Origin: Octopus sinensis
Taxonomy: Eukaryota
Assembly (NCBI RefSeq): GCF_006345805.1
Contig: NC_043001.1
Coordinates: forward strand, 38,812,001-38,876,000
Reading direction: 5' to 3'
Length of the DNA stretch: 64,000 nucleotides
The position numbers and the translations under genes are program-made. Every line of letters starts with the position of its first letter. Position 1 is the stretch's first letter. Shown piece by piece: positions 39,995-51,720 of this stretch. The notes beneath the pieces were generated by a model. It was not told the origin of the DNA, did no database searches, and was given only the letters and a program-made list of their open reading frames with translations.

Positions 39995-42900
39995 TGAGGT
40001 GTGTAAACATGCTTGGTATTCCTGCTTGCTTCAGGACATCTTTGTTGGGGACATGATTCTGCCATTTGATGCCGAGGATTTTCCGGAGGCAGCGCAGGTG
40101 AAAGATATTTAGGCGATGCTCTTGGCATGTGTATGGTGTCCAAGTCTCATTTCCATATAGTAGAGTGCTAAGTACACATGCCTGGTAAATCTTTATTTTT
40201 GTGGTCTTGGTCAGCTTATTGTTGTCCCATGCCCATTTGGAGAGTTGGGCCATCAAGCAGTTGCCTTGCCAATGCGTATATTGAGCTCAGCATCAAGGGA
40301 TAGGTTATAGGTAATGGTAGAGCCAAGATAGGTAAACTTCTCCACCTCCTGTAGTCTGTGGTCTCCAATATATGTTTGGGATGTCTGATGTAGCCTGACC
40401 CATGATGTCGGTCTTCTTGAGACTGATAACTAAGCCAAAGTCACTACATGCTTGCTCAAAACAGTTGATGAACCTTTGCAAGGCTTTTTCTGTGTGTGAT
40501 ACCAGAGCAGCAGCATCAGCAAATAGTATCTCCTTGATCAGGACACTTCTGATTTTGGTCTTGGTATGCAGATGCGAGAGATTGAACAGTTTCCTGTCAC
40601 TTCTACTGTGCAGAAACACTCCATCATGATGTCTCAAAGGCATGTGACAGCAGCAGCGAGAAGACAATGACAAATAATGTAGGAGCAAGGACACAACCTT
40701 GCTTTAACCCGTTTTTTATTTGGAAGGAGGCTAATGATGAACCATTGTGCTGTATGGTGCCTTGCATATCATCATGGAAAGATTTAATGATCTTCAGTTT
40801 TGGTGGACATCTGATTTTTTGGAGCACGATGAAGAGGCCTTTTCTACTTACCAAGCCAACGGCCTTTGTCAGGTCAATGACGGCCATATATAATGGCATT
40901 CTCTGATCTCTGGACTTCTCCTGAAGTTGGCATATGGAGAATATCATGTCAATAGTTGATCTGCTTCTTCTAAAGCCACACTGTGATTCTGGATAAATTT
41001 GAGAAGTAAGCAGTTGTAGCCTGGACAGGATAACGTGAGCAAAGGTCTTTCCAACAGTGCTTAGAAGTGATATTCCATGGTAATTGTTACAATCACCACG
41101 GTCACCTTTGTTTTTCTAAAGCATAATGATGTTAGCATCCCGCATATCCTGAGTGACTGTATCATCTTCCCAGCACTGACACAGAAGCTCATGAAGGTAC
41201 TGAAGCAGGACAGTGTTTTTGCCAGCTTTGAATATCTATGAGTGGATGCCATCTTTTCCCAGAGCCTTGTTACTGGCTAGGAAGTCAATAACCTTGTTGA
41301 GATCTGCAATAGATGACAGATTGTCAAGTTCACACATGACTGACAAGATCTTGACACCCTCAATTGCAGCCTCAGCTACTGTGGTCTCCCGTGAGTAGAG
41401 ATCCTGGTAGTACTCTACCCATCTATCCATTTGCTTGATTTGGTCCTTGATGAGATCTCCAGTAATTGATTTCAGAGGGTCTGACTTGGTTGCAGATGGA
41501 CCGAGGGACTTCTTCAAACCAGCATACATCCCATGGGTGTCACTACTGTCAGCAGCTGACTGGATACTCTGACACATTTCCTGCCAATACCTATTTGCAC
41601 AGCGTCTGGCAGTCAGTTGGGTTTTACTTCTTGCCTTTTTGAGTTCTTTGAGTGTCTTTGTAGAAGAATCACTCTTGTATTGCATCAGAGCTGTGCGATT
41701 TGCTTCAATAACTGGTTCCAGCTCTGAGAGCCCAGCACTGAACCAATCTGGGTTTTGCCTTTCTCTCATGCTGAAAGTATCTATTGACGTGGTATACACA
41801 GCTTCCCTGATATAATTCCACCTACTTTCAGCAGAGGAGGTTGGGCAGCTACTGAGGGCAACCTTGATAGAAACAGCAAAACATTTTTGCAGTGTAGAGT
41901 CTGAGGTTCTGGCAGTGTTAATGCATGGTTGGCCCATTTTCTTGGAGCGATGGACATTTTTAGGCAGAATCCTCACCCTGCTTCTTATTAGTGAATGATT
42001 TGTGTCATAATCTGCACTGTGGTAACTACGGGTCAGTTGAACAGAATTCAGAAAGGATCTTCATGTAATGATGAGATCCAACTGATGCCAGTTGTGAGAT
42101 CTTGGATGTCTCCAAGATGCCTTGTGGGATGGCTTGTTGGCAAAGAATGTGTTGGTGATGCACAGGTTATGGTATGTGCAAAATTCAAGTAGTCTCTACC
42201 ATTGTCATTCATGTTGCCAATACCAAAGTGTCCAACACAAATGGGCCATGAATCATGGTCAGATCCCACGTAAGCACTAAAATCTCCTAGAAGGTAGCTG
42301 TTTTTATTGGTTGGTATATTTCTAATGACACAGTTGAGATCTTTGTAGAACTGGTTCTTGGTCTCCTCTGAGCTGTAGAGAGTGGGAGCATAGATGCTCA
42401 GTAGATGTACTGAGCCAAAAGAGGTTGGGAAGCGCAGTGAGAGGATACGCTCAGTGCCTCCTGATGGTGGTTCTGTTGAGGAGAGTAATGAGTTTCTCAC
42501 TGCAAAGCCAACACCATGCTGACGAGGTTCTTCTGGATCGCTTCCCTGCCAAAAAAAAGTGAAATCCTGTTCTTTGTGTTTGCCATTTCAGGGGAGTCTT
42601 GTCTCCTGCAGTTCAGCAATGTATATGTTAAGTCTCTTTAGTTCACGGTCAATGATGGCCGTCTTTCGTGTGTTTTCAACCCTGAGTAGGTCATTAGATA
42701 TGCCAGGGCACATGGTCCTGACATTCCAGCTTGCTAACTGCAGGACTGGTAGTTTCTTGTCTTTCAGTTGTTTGCCTGATGCAGAGGTTGCAGGCCATTT
42801 TTCAAGTCAAACTCTTAGCTCCAAGCACCCAATGAAGCAGGCGGCCTGTGATGGGTCAGTACCTTATTAAGCAGGGGGCTGCCCAGCTTGAGGTGGGCAG

Positions 42901-43350
42901 TAGTTAACCAATGAGACACGGGGGTCCCTTCCACCATCAGAGGTAACCCGTAGCGCCCATATCTTACACCAATCTGAATAGACTTATACTAGTGACTGCT
43001 ACCTCCCATGTCTTTTCTGCAGCTTTTTACAGCAGCACTGAAGTGTCCTTTCCAGTTTTGCGCAGGCCTGGGCTAGAAATAAGAAAATCCTGGGTAGCCC
43101 AATCATCAGGATTCCTCTCTCAACCTTTCTAATATAGCCCAAAGGAGTGCAGAGCATTATGTTTGGCACCAGCTTGGTTGCAGGAGCTGCCGGAAGAGTG
43201 TCGAGTTGAACACTAAACCGCCTTCAGGGCTCCACTCTGGATATCTTTGAAGGTTGTCTCCTTTCCATAACTCTGGATAGAGGCCCATACCAGGTACTGT
43301 CAGCCAGAGCCAGCTGAGCCCGGGACTCATGTCAGGCTGGGTCATCACTC
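39995..43350 (-). mobile_element. Near full-length BovB-like RTE (APE and RT), frameshifted, 3' end lost
   Basis: ASWNVRTM, YAPT, LLGDF, NYHGISLL, PESQCGFR, QGCVLAPTLF, LFADAAAL, LLYGNETW. Confidence 0.9.
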
Positions 43351-43385
43351 CCTGAAGTAGTGAAGAAAATCGCTACCCACTACTC

Positions 43386-43442
<57 letters not shown>

Positions 43443-44180
43443 CTACCAGCATAGCCCGGCGCTGTCTAGGATTAAGTTAGGATTATTAAGCTAATCAAGT
43501 GCTTTGTTTCAAACCAAACTAAGTAACACGGACATCAAATCTGAGTGAAATCTGTTGAAATTGGTAAACGTTTGGCTGAAAATAGATTGCAGACAAATAG
43601 ATTGAGAAATCCATAAAGAATCGTTTTATCAATTTTTTCACTCATCGATTGCTTTTTTTTGGGGGGGGGGGGATTTAAAGCATTCAAAGATCCCATTAGT
43701 CCTAAGTAATGTCGGCATCAAGTCTGAACAAAACTGGTAAAAGTTATGGTTGAACATAGGCTGTAGCCAATTTTAGTGGGAAATTCTATAAGGAATTGGT
43801 TTATTGATTTTTCACCCTGATTGAATGGAAAACCCCATAAGGAATCAGTTTATTGGTTTTTCACCCCAAATAGGACTTAACTGAACACAACATTGCTGAT
43901 TCAAAAAATCTATATTTATACTTTAAAGTTGGTTTTCATACCCAATCCAGTTTTGCAGAATCATTGTCACGATGGGAACACACGGGTTTGGAGTTTGACT
44001 GGCAGAGGTGATGAGGTTGCTCATGCCTGCCCTTTCGAACCCTAACCCCATCATCTAACCTGCTACCCTCACTAGGCCATGGGCTGGGAGCCCATCCGGC
44101 AAGGAAAATAGAATGCCCAAAAGGGCTTCCGATCCTCTGTGTCAGAAGAGGTTATGTTCGGATTACAACTAAGCCTTAAC
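43443..44180 (-). mobile_element. Non-autonomous Helitron, inverted relative of 60932-61693
   Basis: About 740 bp of reverse-complement similarity; decayed 3' hairpin and CTAG. Confidence 0.7.
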
Positions 44181-44267
44181 CTGGGAGCCTCTAAAAGGCA
44201 GCGACTAATCCCAATCTAGTCCTAACCCCTCCTAGGGGTACTATCAGTCAAGGCTGTATCAAAAATA

Positions 44268-44432
44268 TACATTAGAGAAGGTTGCACTGAAGATCTGCAT
44301 TGGAGAAGGTTGCATCGAAGGTTTGCATTGGAGATCTGCAGTGAAAAAGGTTGACTCAAAGATTTGGATTGGATAAGGTTGCATTAGAGAAGGTTAATTC
44401 AAAGGTTTGCATTGAGGATCCAGATTGGAGTA
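44268..44432. repeat. About 14-15 bp tandem repeat (ttgcattggagaagg)
   Basis: Seen directly, roughly 11 diverged units. Confidence 0.8.
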
Positions 44433-44964
44433 ACTTAGGAAAACTCACCAATAGCCTTAACAAAAAAACAAGGGGCCTGGCCCTTGAAGCCTAACTCTAT
44501 GAGCAACTTGACCAAGTACTAATATCAGCCGAGTGAGCATTGTTGTTGCAGAAGTCAACATTGTCCAATAAAGGAGAGGAAGAGTCCATGAGTCATGCTG
44601 CCATGGTTTGAGAATATGTCTGGCCAATGCTTCCGTATCACCTGTTTATAACCATATCATCTGCAGTGATGACTTCTTGTTCTTTCTACGTCGCTATAGA
44701 CGACATTGCGTGTTCTGCCCTGAGGAGCATACACAAAAGAGTGTTTCTACTCCCCACACAGAAGCAGGCCACATAAAGTTGCCCATGTGAAAAGCATGGC
44801 TCCCCTAAATGGATGACCGCCACTGATAGTGTTCAGCCTTGGGATTTGTTGATGAACATAGCGATCTGCGGATGTTAAATGGTATGTCTGACCCCGTGGG
44901 ATAAAGGTGCATCCTTGAAATGAAAACATTTCCCCACTCCCATTCCCCATAACAATGCATATAG

Positions 44965-46690
44965 TAACATAATTTTTGGAGAAATAACCAGTTTCATATT
45001 TTCTTTTCAAATTTCTAAATGAAACCATTAAAAAATCACCAGACGTACATACATACACCAAACCCAGGGGACCTAAAACTACGACAAATTGTAGCTGGCC
45101 CAGCCTGTGAAACACAAAGACTAAGTCTATTTATGGTCATCCTCCTTAAACACATCAATAGCCATACCAGAGGTGACTTGGATATGTTAAATCACCTTCC
45201 AAAAAAAGTCAAGGAAGAAACAATTATGGTTTCATTTGATGTAGTTAATTTATATATTAGTATACCTAATAATTATGGGAAAGAGGCAATTCAGTTCTGG
45301 CTGGATCAATTTCTGGAAGAAATACCAAAAAGGATCAGTAAAAAATTCATAACTAAATTGGTTGAATTCATCCTACAAATTAACCACGTCATGATTAACA
45401 ATGCATTTTTCCATTCAAAATCCAATTTGTTATGGGTACTAGGGCAGCACCAGTCATTGCAAACCTAACAATGAGCTACCTGGAGGTAATAAGATGCCAG
45501 GAATCTTTATCTACCTTTGGAAACCCCCTTTCCGAATACATAAAAGAAAATTGAAAAAGTTTCCTAGACGACTGTTTCATAATCTGGAATGAAAACAAAG
45601 ATAAACTCCTAAATTTCAAAAGCCTATTGAACAGCATCAACCCAAACATACAGTTCACAATGAAGTACAACCAAAAGGAGCTTCCATTCTTAGATATACT
45701 AATTAAAAAAATAAACCTAAAAACAGAAATGGACATATTTTACAAAACCACAGATGCCAAACAATATCTACTTTTTGATTCATGCCACCCAAGACACACC
45801 AAAACAAACATCCCATTCAACCTTGCAAGACGGATATGCACAATAGTGTCAGAACAAAATACCAGAAACTTTAAATAGCAAGAACTCAAAAACACCCTAA
45901 TTGACAGACACTACCCAGTTCAACTCATAGAGGATGGAATCAGACGTGCAACACAAATTGACAGAGAAACCTTAAGAAAAGTTCAACACAGCAACACACC
46001 TTCACCAAAAAAACTGCTGTACATATCAACATACAACCCCAGAAACAAAGAAGCTTTCACCATCATCACCCAAAATTTACCAATGCTACATAAGGATCCC
46101 AAATTAAAGAAAATTTTACATATACATAAACTCATTAAAAGCTACAAACAACCGAAATCACTAAAAAAGATCCTCACAAAGGCAAAATTATTTTCTAAAA
46201 TAACGGATGCAAAAGTGAAGAAATGTGGTAGACCACATTGCACAACATGCCCAAACCTTCTAGAAGGATCAGAATTCCTCTTCAAGGAGGGACAAAAATT
46301 CAAAATCAAATCAAATTTTACTTGTGCTTCAGAAAACCTGATTTATGCCATAAGATTCTTGGGCTGCCACCAAAACTACATAGGGTCCACGGGATTATCG
46401 CTCAGATGCAGATGCACTCTGCATCGACAGCAGATTGCATTCCCATAATACAGAATGATACCCTTTAGTGAACATATTGAGTAATGTGCAAAGCAACTAC
46501 TACCACAATTTATAATCTTTCCATTCTATCAATGTACCATTGGAACACCAACACAAGTTAGATTAAATAAGGAAACCTTCATTGAAAAATATAAGCCAAA
46601 ACTTAACCATTTCTAACATTTTTAAATAAGGAAACTCACCTCATTGAAAAAAATATAAAGCAAAACCTAACCACTTGTAACATTATATTC
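44965..46690 (+). mobile_element. Penelope-like retroelement (RT and GIY-YIG), pseudogenised
   Basis: LRQIVAG, SFDVVNLY, FLDDCF, LPFLDI, SCHP, KCGRPHCTTC linker, NLIYAI..NYIGST. Confidence 0.92.
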
Positions 46691-46739
46691 CTTCTAAACC
46701 AAATCATGTTAAATTAGTCATTCCCAACATGCTTGATTA

Positions 46740-48000
46740 TCTCCTGTGTAAACTGTGGTATGGAGGTATGATATCTACTATGTATATTTCCTATTTAGTA
46801 TTGGGGAGGTTTCCTTTATAAGGATGTACTCCCGTATTTGTCTGAGTGTTGGGTCTTTTGGGTGCTTGGATAAGATGTGGATGTCAAGTTGACCCAAGTT
46901 ACCTCCATGGTGGTCGAGTATGGAGGACTGTTTTTTTGTCATCATATTGTCTCAGATGTTCATTTAGTCATTCCGCAATGCTCCTAGATGTCTCCCCTAT
47001 GTACATCATGCTCATGTCTTTACAAGCACCTTCTGTGCATCTTATGCTGTAAACTACATTTTGAGGTCTACAGTTAATGCCAGGGTTAATCCTACTTACC
47101 ATGCAGTTATCATTGGTGCATATGGTATTCTCAAAGGGGTACATCCTACATAGTTGTGATCTAACGGAGTTCCCTGACTTTTCAAACCCTGGCATTAACT
47201 GTAGACCTCAAAATGTAGTTTACAGCAGAAGATGCATAGAAGGTGTTTATAAAGACATGAACATGATGTACATAGGGGAGACATCTATATTAAGTATGCA
47301 ATATGTATAAATATTAAACTATTTCTAATATAATTTCTTTTCCCCCCTCTATTGTGGTAAAAGTTTGATATATACTCAAAAGTATTCATAAATTTCTATC
47401 TTTTGTTACAATATTCTTCTTAATAACCTTTTGAATAACTTCATCTGTATACAATATAGCAACATTGTTTTATAGTATTCAACTATAATACTACATGATA
47501 AGACTTCCCCTGTTTCATTATCAATGGTCTGCTAGTGGGTGACCCCTTAATTATCAGCTAACATCTTGTTTCAAGTTTTTTCTTACAAAACCTCATGACA
47601 CTGCTTCTAATAAATCTTGATTTTTATGTCTATACCATCTAAAATGTCTGTTTACTCCATCAACCCTACCCCAAACAGATACTACCCTCTGTTTCTCTCA
47701 GCCTTAAATATACAAGGGATATGATAAACTAGTCTATAAAGTAAAACTGACCCCATGAAAAAAACAACAAAACAAAAAAATCAATGACAGGCAGTGTCTT
47801 CTTGAAAAAATTTTAGTTACGACTGTGCTGTTGTAGGTACAAGATGTTCTTTGTCTATCTCCTTAACTTCTTGGAGATTTTAGGTAAAATTACACTAATG
47901 TGTCCATCTGTTTTAATTTAATTAAATTCTGTCTTTGTGCAGCTAAAGATTGCTCTACATATTAAATTGACATAATGATTGCATTGTTCAATTAAATGGA
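46740..48000 (-). mobile_element. Second PLE remnant (GIY-YIG and weak RT traces)
   Basis: NCRPQNVVYSIRC..MYIGETSR; RT traces upstream are weak. Confidence 0.7.
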
Positions 48001-48146
48001 GTTGCATGAAATGATCATACTGCATTATCTCTGGATATCTTTGTTGCTTATTTTGATTATATATATATATGATAATAATAATGATAATAATAATAATAAT
48101 AACAATAATAATAATAATAATAATTTTATTATTAGGGTGTATAACT

Positions 48147-49860
48147 CTAAACTTGCAGGGAAAAATTGAGATTAGACGAACTTGTAAGGTGGTCAAGGAT
48201 GCTATTTAGTGCAAAAAAGTCGCGTAGTCTGACATTTGTTAAGGGAGTGCAGAAAGAATTTAAATTTCGAATATCCAAAGAAAGCATTCCAACAGTCAAG
48301 GAAGAGCCCGTCAAGAGCTTGGGACGAGTATACACTGGAACATTGTCAGACAGAAGTTGTGGGATTGAAATTATGAAACAGGCTGAGGCTGGGTTATCAG
48401 CGATTGATAATTCGAAGTTACCAGGTAAATATAAAATTTGGTGCTTGCAGCTCTTTATCATAAAAGAGGTTTATTGCAGCTACCAATAGCATCAATAGTC
48501 GAAATATATAAGCTAGGGAAGATACGGACGGTCATGATGCTGAGAGAATCGAAAGATATGGAAATCAGGCGTAACCCACCAGAGGTTAAAACAGCCAGGA
48601 AGTGGAAAGCAGAAGCAGAAACTGACGACATCTTGTCTTCTCTTATACACAGAGATGTGGTGGGAGCAACGGAGAACCATCGGAAAGGACTTGGTTTTGG
48701 CACGGATCAGTTCAGACCGTTTGCAAGCATGATGCGGAGTGAACGCAGATCTGTTCTTAGCAACAGCGTCAAAACAAGAGAAGCAGAGAGAAGAGAGCTT
48801 CATTTGATACGATGTGTTCATCAAGGTCAGATGATGAGATGGGAAGAACATGTTGTTGAGAGGAAGATAAGTTGGGATGAGATGTGGAAGTGGACGACAT
48901 CTCAGCTGAGTTTCCTGATTCGTTCATCTTATGATGTTTTGCCATCACCTACGAATCTAATAAGATGGAACGTCTCAGGGAATGACATCTGCAAATGTGG
49001 AAAGGTCGGTACACTAAAACATATTCTTTCCAACTGTTCATTAGCATTGAACAGGTATACATGGAGGCACAACTTGGTCCTTAAGGTTATCTTCAATGCT
49101 ATAAAGAACCAAATTCATCTCAACAACACTGAGGAGAAACCGTTGAAAGTACCATCAAGAGATTTCATTACCTTTGTGCGACCAGGTCAGCAGATCCATT
49201 TCAAGAAGATCAAGAAACTTCCTGAGAGAAATGAAAAGTGGAACGGCTATTGGGAGGTAACTGCAGATTTACCTGGGTGCCAAGTTTTCTTTCCCATCCC
49301 AGTTACGAAAAAACCAGATATTTTGATGTGGGGTGAAAGAAAGAAAGTTGTAAATATAGTCGAGCTAACGGTTCCTCATGAAGATAATATGGACGCCGCT
49401 CGGGCTCGAAAATTGAACCGTTATTTAAAGCTCCTCGTGGAATGTGAAGACGCAGGCTGGAAAGCGGAACATTTTCCTGTTGGATGTAGAGGGTTTGTTG
49501 GACACAGCGTGAGACGACTGTTGTTATCTCTAGGCCTAACTCATCATAAAGTCAATACCACCATGACTGATATCCAATCTACAGTAGAGAAGGCTAGCCA
49601 CTGGATTTGGTTAAAAAGAGACGATGAGCGATGACTAGAAGGATATTGAGTTTAACTTTATAACCAGCTGATCTAGCAAGCGGGGCCTCATATCAGTGAG
49701 GGGGCCGCTGTGCATTGATGCCGTCGAGAGGTAGGCCCCAAAACGGCACGCATTCTCACCTGATGACCCCATACACTTGCTGGCTTCCGGTATACAGAGC
49801 TTTTGACTGGTAGCACTTGCATGTGCAAGTTGTTTGCAAGACATCTAAAATCAAATTTCA
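48147..49860 (+). mobile_element. R2-group (HERO/NeSL-like) non-LTR element, 3' portion
   Basis: 398-aa ORF with CKCGKVGTLKHILSNC knuckle, RHN, PDILMW..VELTVP (PD-(D/E)xK-type nuclease); RT-thumb-like PVKSLGR upstream. Confidence 0.85.
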
Positions 49861-49880
49861 CAATATAAATATATATATAT

Positions 49881-51468
49881 AAATTAGAGAAAAACAATTA
49901 TTATATAATTCAAACAATGATAGACGTAAATGATACTACATAGAAAAAATAATATATATGGTATAAAACATTTACCTAGATCACAATAAATTACATAATA
50001 ATAAATAAACAAACAGTATATGATTAGTAAAAAGACTACGTACGTTTCGTGGCTATATCTTCAATTTGAATTACAATTAAATTTAAATTTAATCAATCAA
50101 AAAACAATTCAATTTAAAAGTATAGTCACTCCTCAGGTCAACAATAATAACAATAAATACATATTTTTAATAAATAATCAAACAGAATTAAACAATATTT
50201 CTTAAAGAAATAAAACATGATTCTTCTTATAAAAGAAATTCCATTAACTAAATTTTAAACTTAAAAAGTAGGACCAAGTGTTTATAATACAATTATCACG
50301 TTAAAAACCTAACATAAAAAATAGGGTAAATAGATAGAAATATGTAATTTATCTGTGAAGATATATTTTAACTTTGAGAATAATCTAAACAAGCTATAGT
50401 ATATCTTTACTGGAAAAATATGAGTACAATTAATTAAAATAAAAATACTTAAAATACATCATATACTTAAGTTAAGCTAAATTACTATAATTTAATCTAT
50501 ATTCATTAATTAATTAAATAATATATTTATTTACTAATTAAATAAACATCTAATTTGATACGATTCTAACTATGTACTAAACCCTACACAAACATGTGTA
50601 CACTTATAATATATCTTATATCAACAATGCTGCAGCCACAACCCTGCAATAGTATTTTGTATATATTTCAAAAATATACTCACAAATTATTTAAACTTAT
50701 TATATAAGTAAATTAATTTATGTCTAGAAGTAATATTTCGCTCATTGACAGAATAAACAAAGTACTTATTATTATTATTAAATTCAATAGTATATAAAGA
50801 AAAAAAGAAAAAAAAACTTTTCACTACCTATACTGTAATATTTTACGTAACAAACTATTTCACAAAACAACCACGAATAATACTTTTAGATTTTAGTTCA
50901 CATATAATAATTATTGTAATAAGAATAATTAAATAAATGTATGTATCTTAAATTATGATTAAATAAAAAAAATTAGAAATACATATTTTTTTAATCAATA
51001 ATCATATGAATTTCACCATTATTTCTTAAATAAAATGTATACTTATTTTTTCAAAGATATTTTATAAACTAAAAAATTTTAAATTAAAACATATAACTTA
51101 GTCCAGATCAAATATTTTGAATATTAAGGGAATAACGAAAGTACTTATTATTATTATTCAATTCAATAGTACAAAAGAAATTAAAACTTTTCATTACCTA
51201 TACTATAATATTTTACATTACAAACTATATCACAAAGCAACCACACTTAATGTTTTGATTAACTTTAAATTTAATTGTAATTTAGATTGAAAATATGGCC
51301 ACAAAATATATGTAGTCTATTTACTATTTATATACTGTTTGTTTATTTATTATTATGTACTTTATTGTGATCTTGGTAAATGTTTTATCATATATTTTAT
51401 TTTCTCTATATGGTATGATTTACATCTATCATTGTTTGAATTACATAATAGTGGTTTTTCTCAAATTT
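49881..51468. mobile_element. AT-rich non-coding element with about 215-bp terminal inverted repeats
   Basis: 49881-50096 is the diverged reverse complement of 51255-51468; internal direct repeat 50759-50887 / 51138-51256; (TA)n flanks. Confidence 0.8.
50034..50139 (-). ncRNA. Type I hammerhead ribozyme motif, canonical core
   Basis: GAC-CUGAGGA-GUGACUAUA..UAUAGCCAC-GAA-ACGUACGU-A-GUC. Confidence 0.75.
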
Positions 51469-51536
51469 ATATATATATATTACGGAGATATACTTGCATA
51501 GCGAGTGACTTGATCTGAGTTCATGTGATGGAATGA

Positions 51537-51710
51537 AAACAATTGCAGTGTGGAAGGTGTTTATAAACCATTTAAGAAACACACAAAAACCGTTAGATTC
51601 ACTTCAACATTTAAATTTAATTTGTCAAAATATTTTCGTCGCTTTGAGACCGCGACCTGTTCACTGACAAAACTTTGTGCTTATAAACACCTTCCACACT
51701 GCAATTGTTT
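51537..51710. repeat. Short element with perfect 30-bp inverted repeats
   Basis: aaacaattgcagtgtggaaggtgtttataa (51537-51566) and its reverse complement (51681-51710). Confidence 0.9.
51621..51671 (-). ncRNA. Minimal hammerhead motif with G3-C8 variant core
   Basis: UUUGUCA-GUGAACA-G-GUCGC(9 nt)GCGAC-GAA-AAUAUU-U-UGACAAA. Confidence 0.65.
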
Positions 51711-51720
51711 ATATATATAT

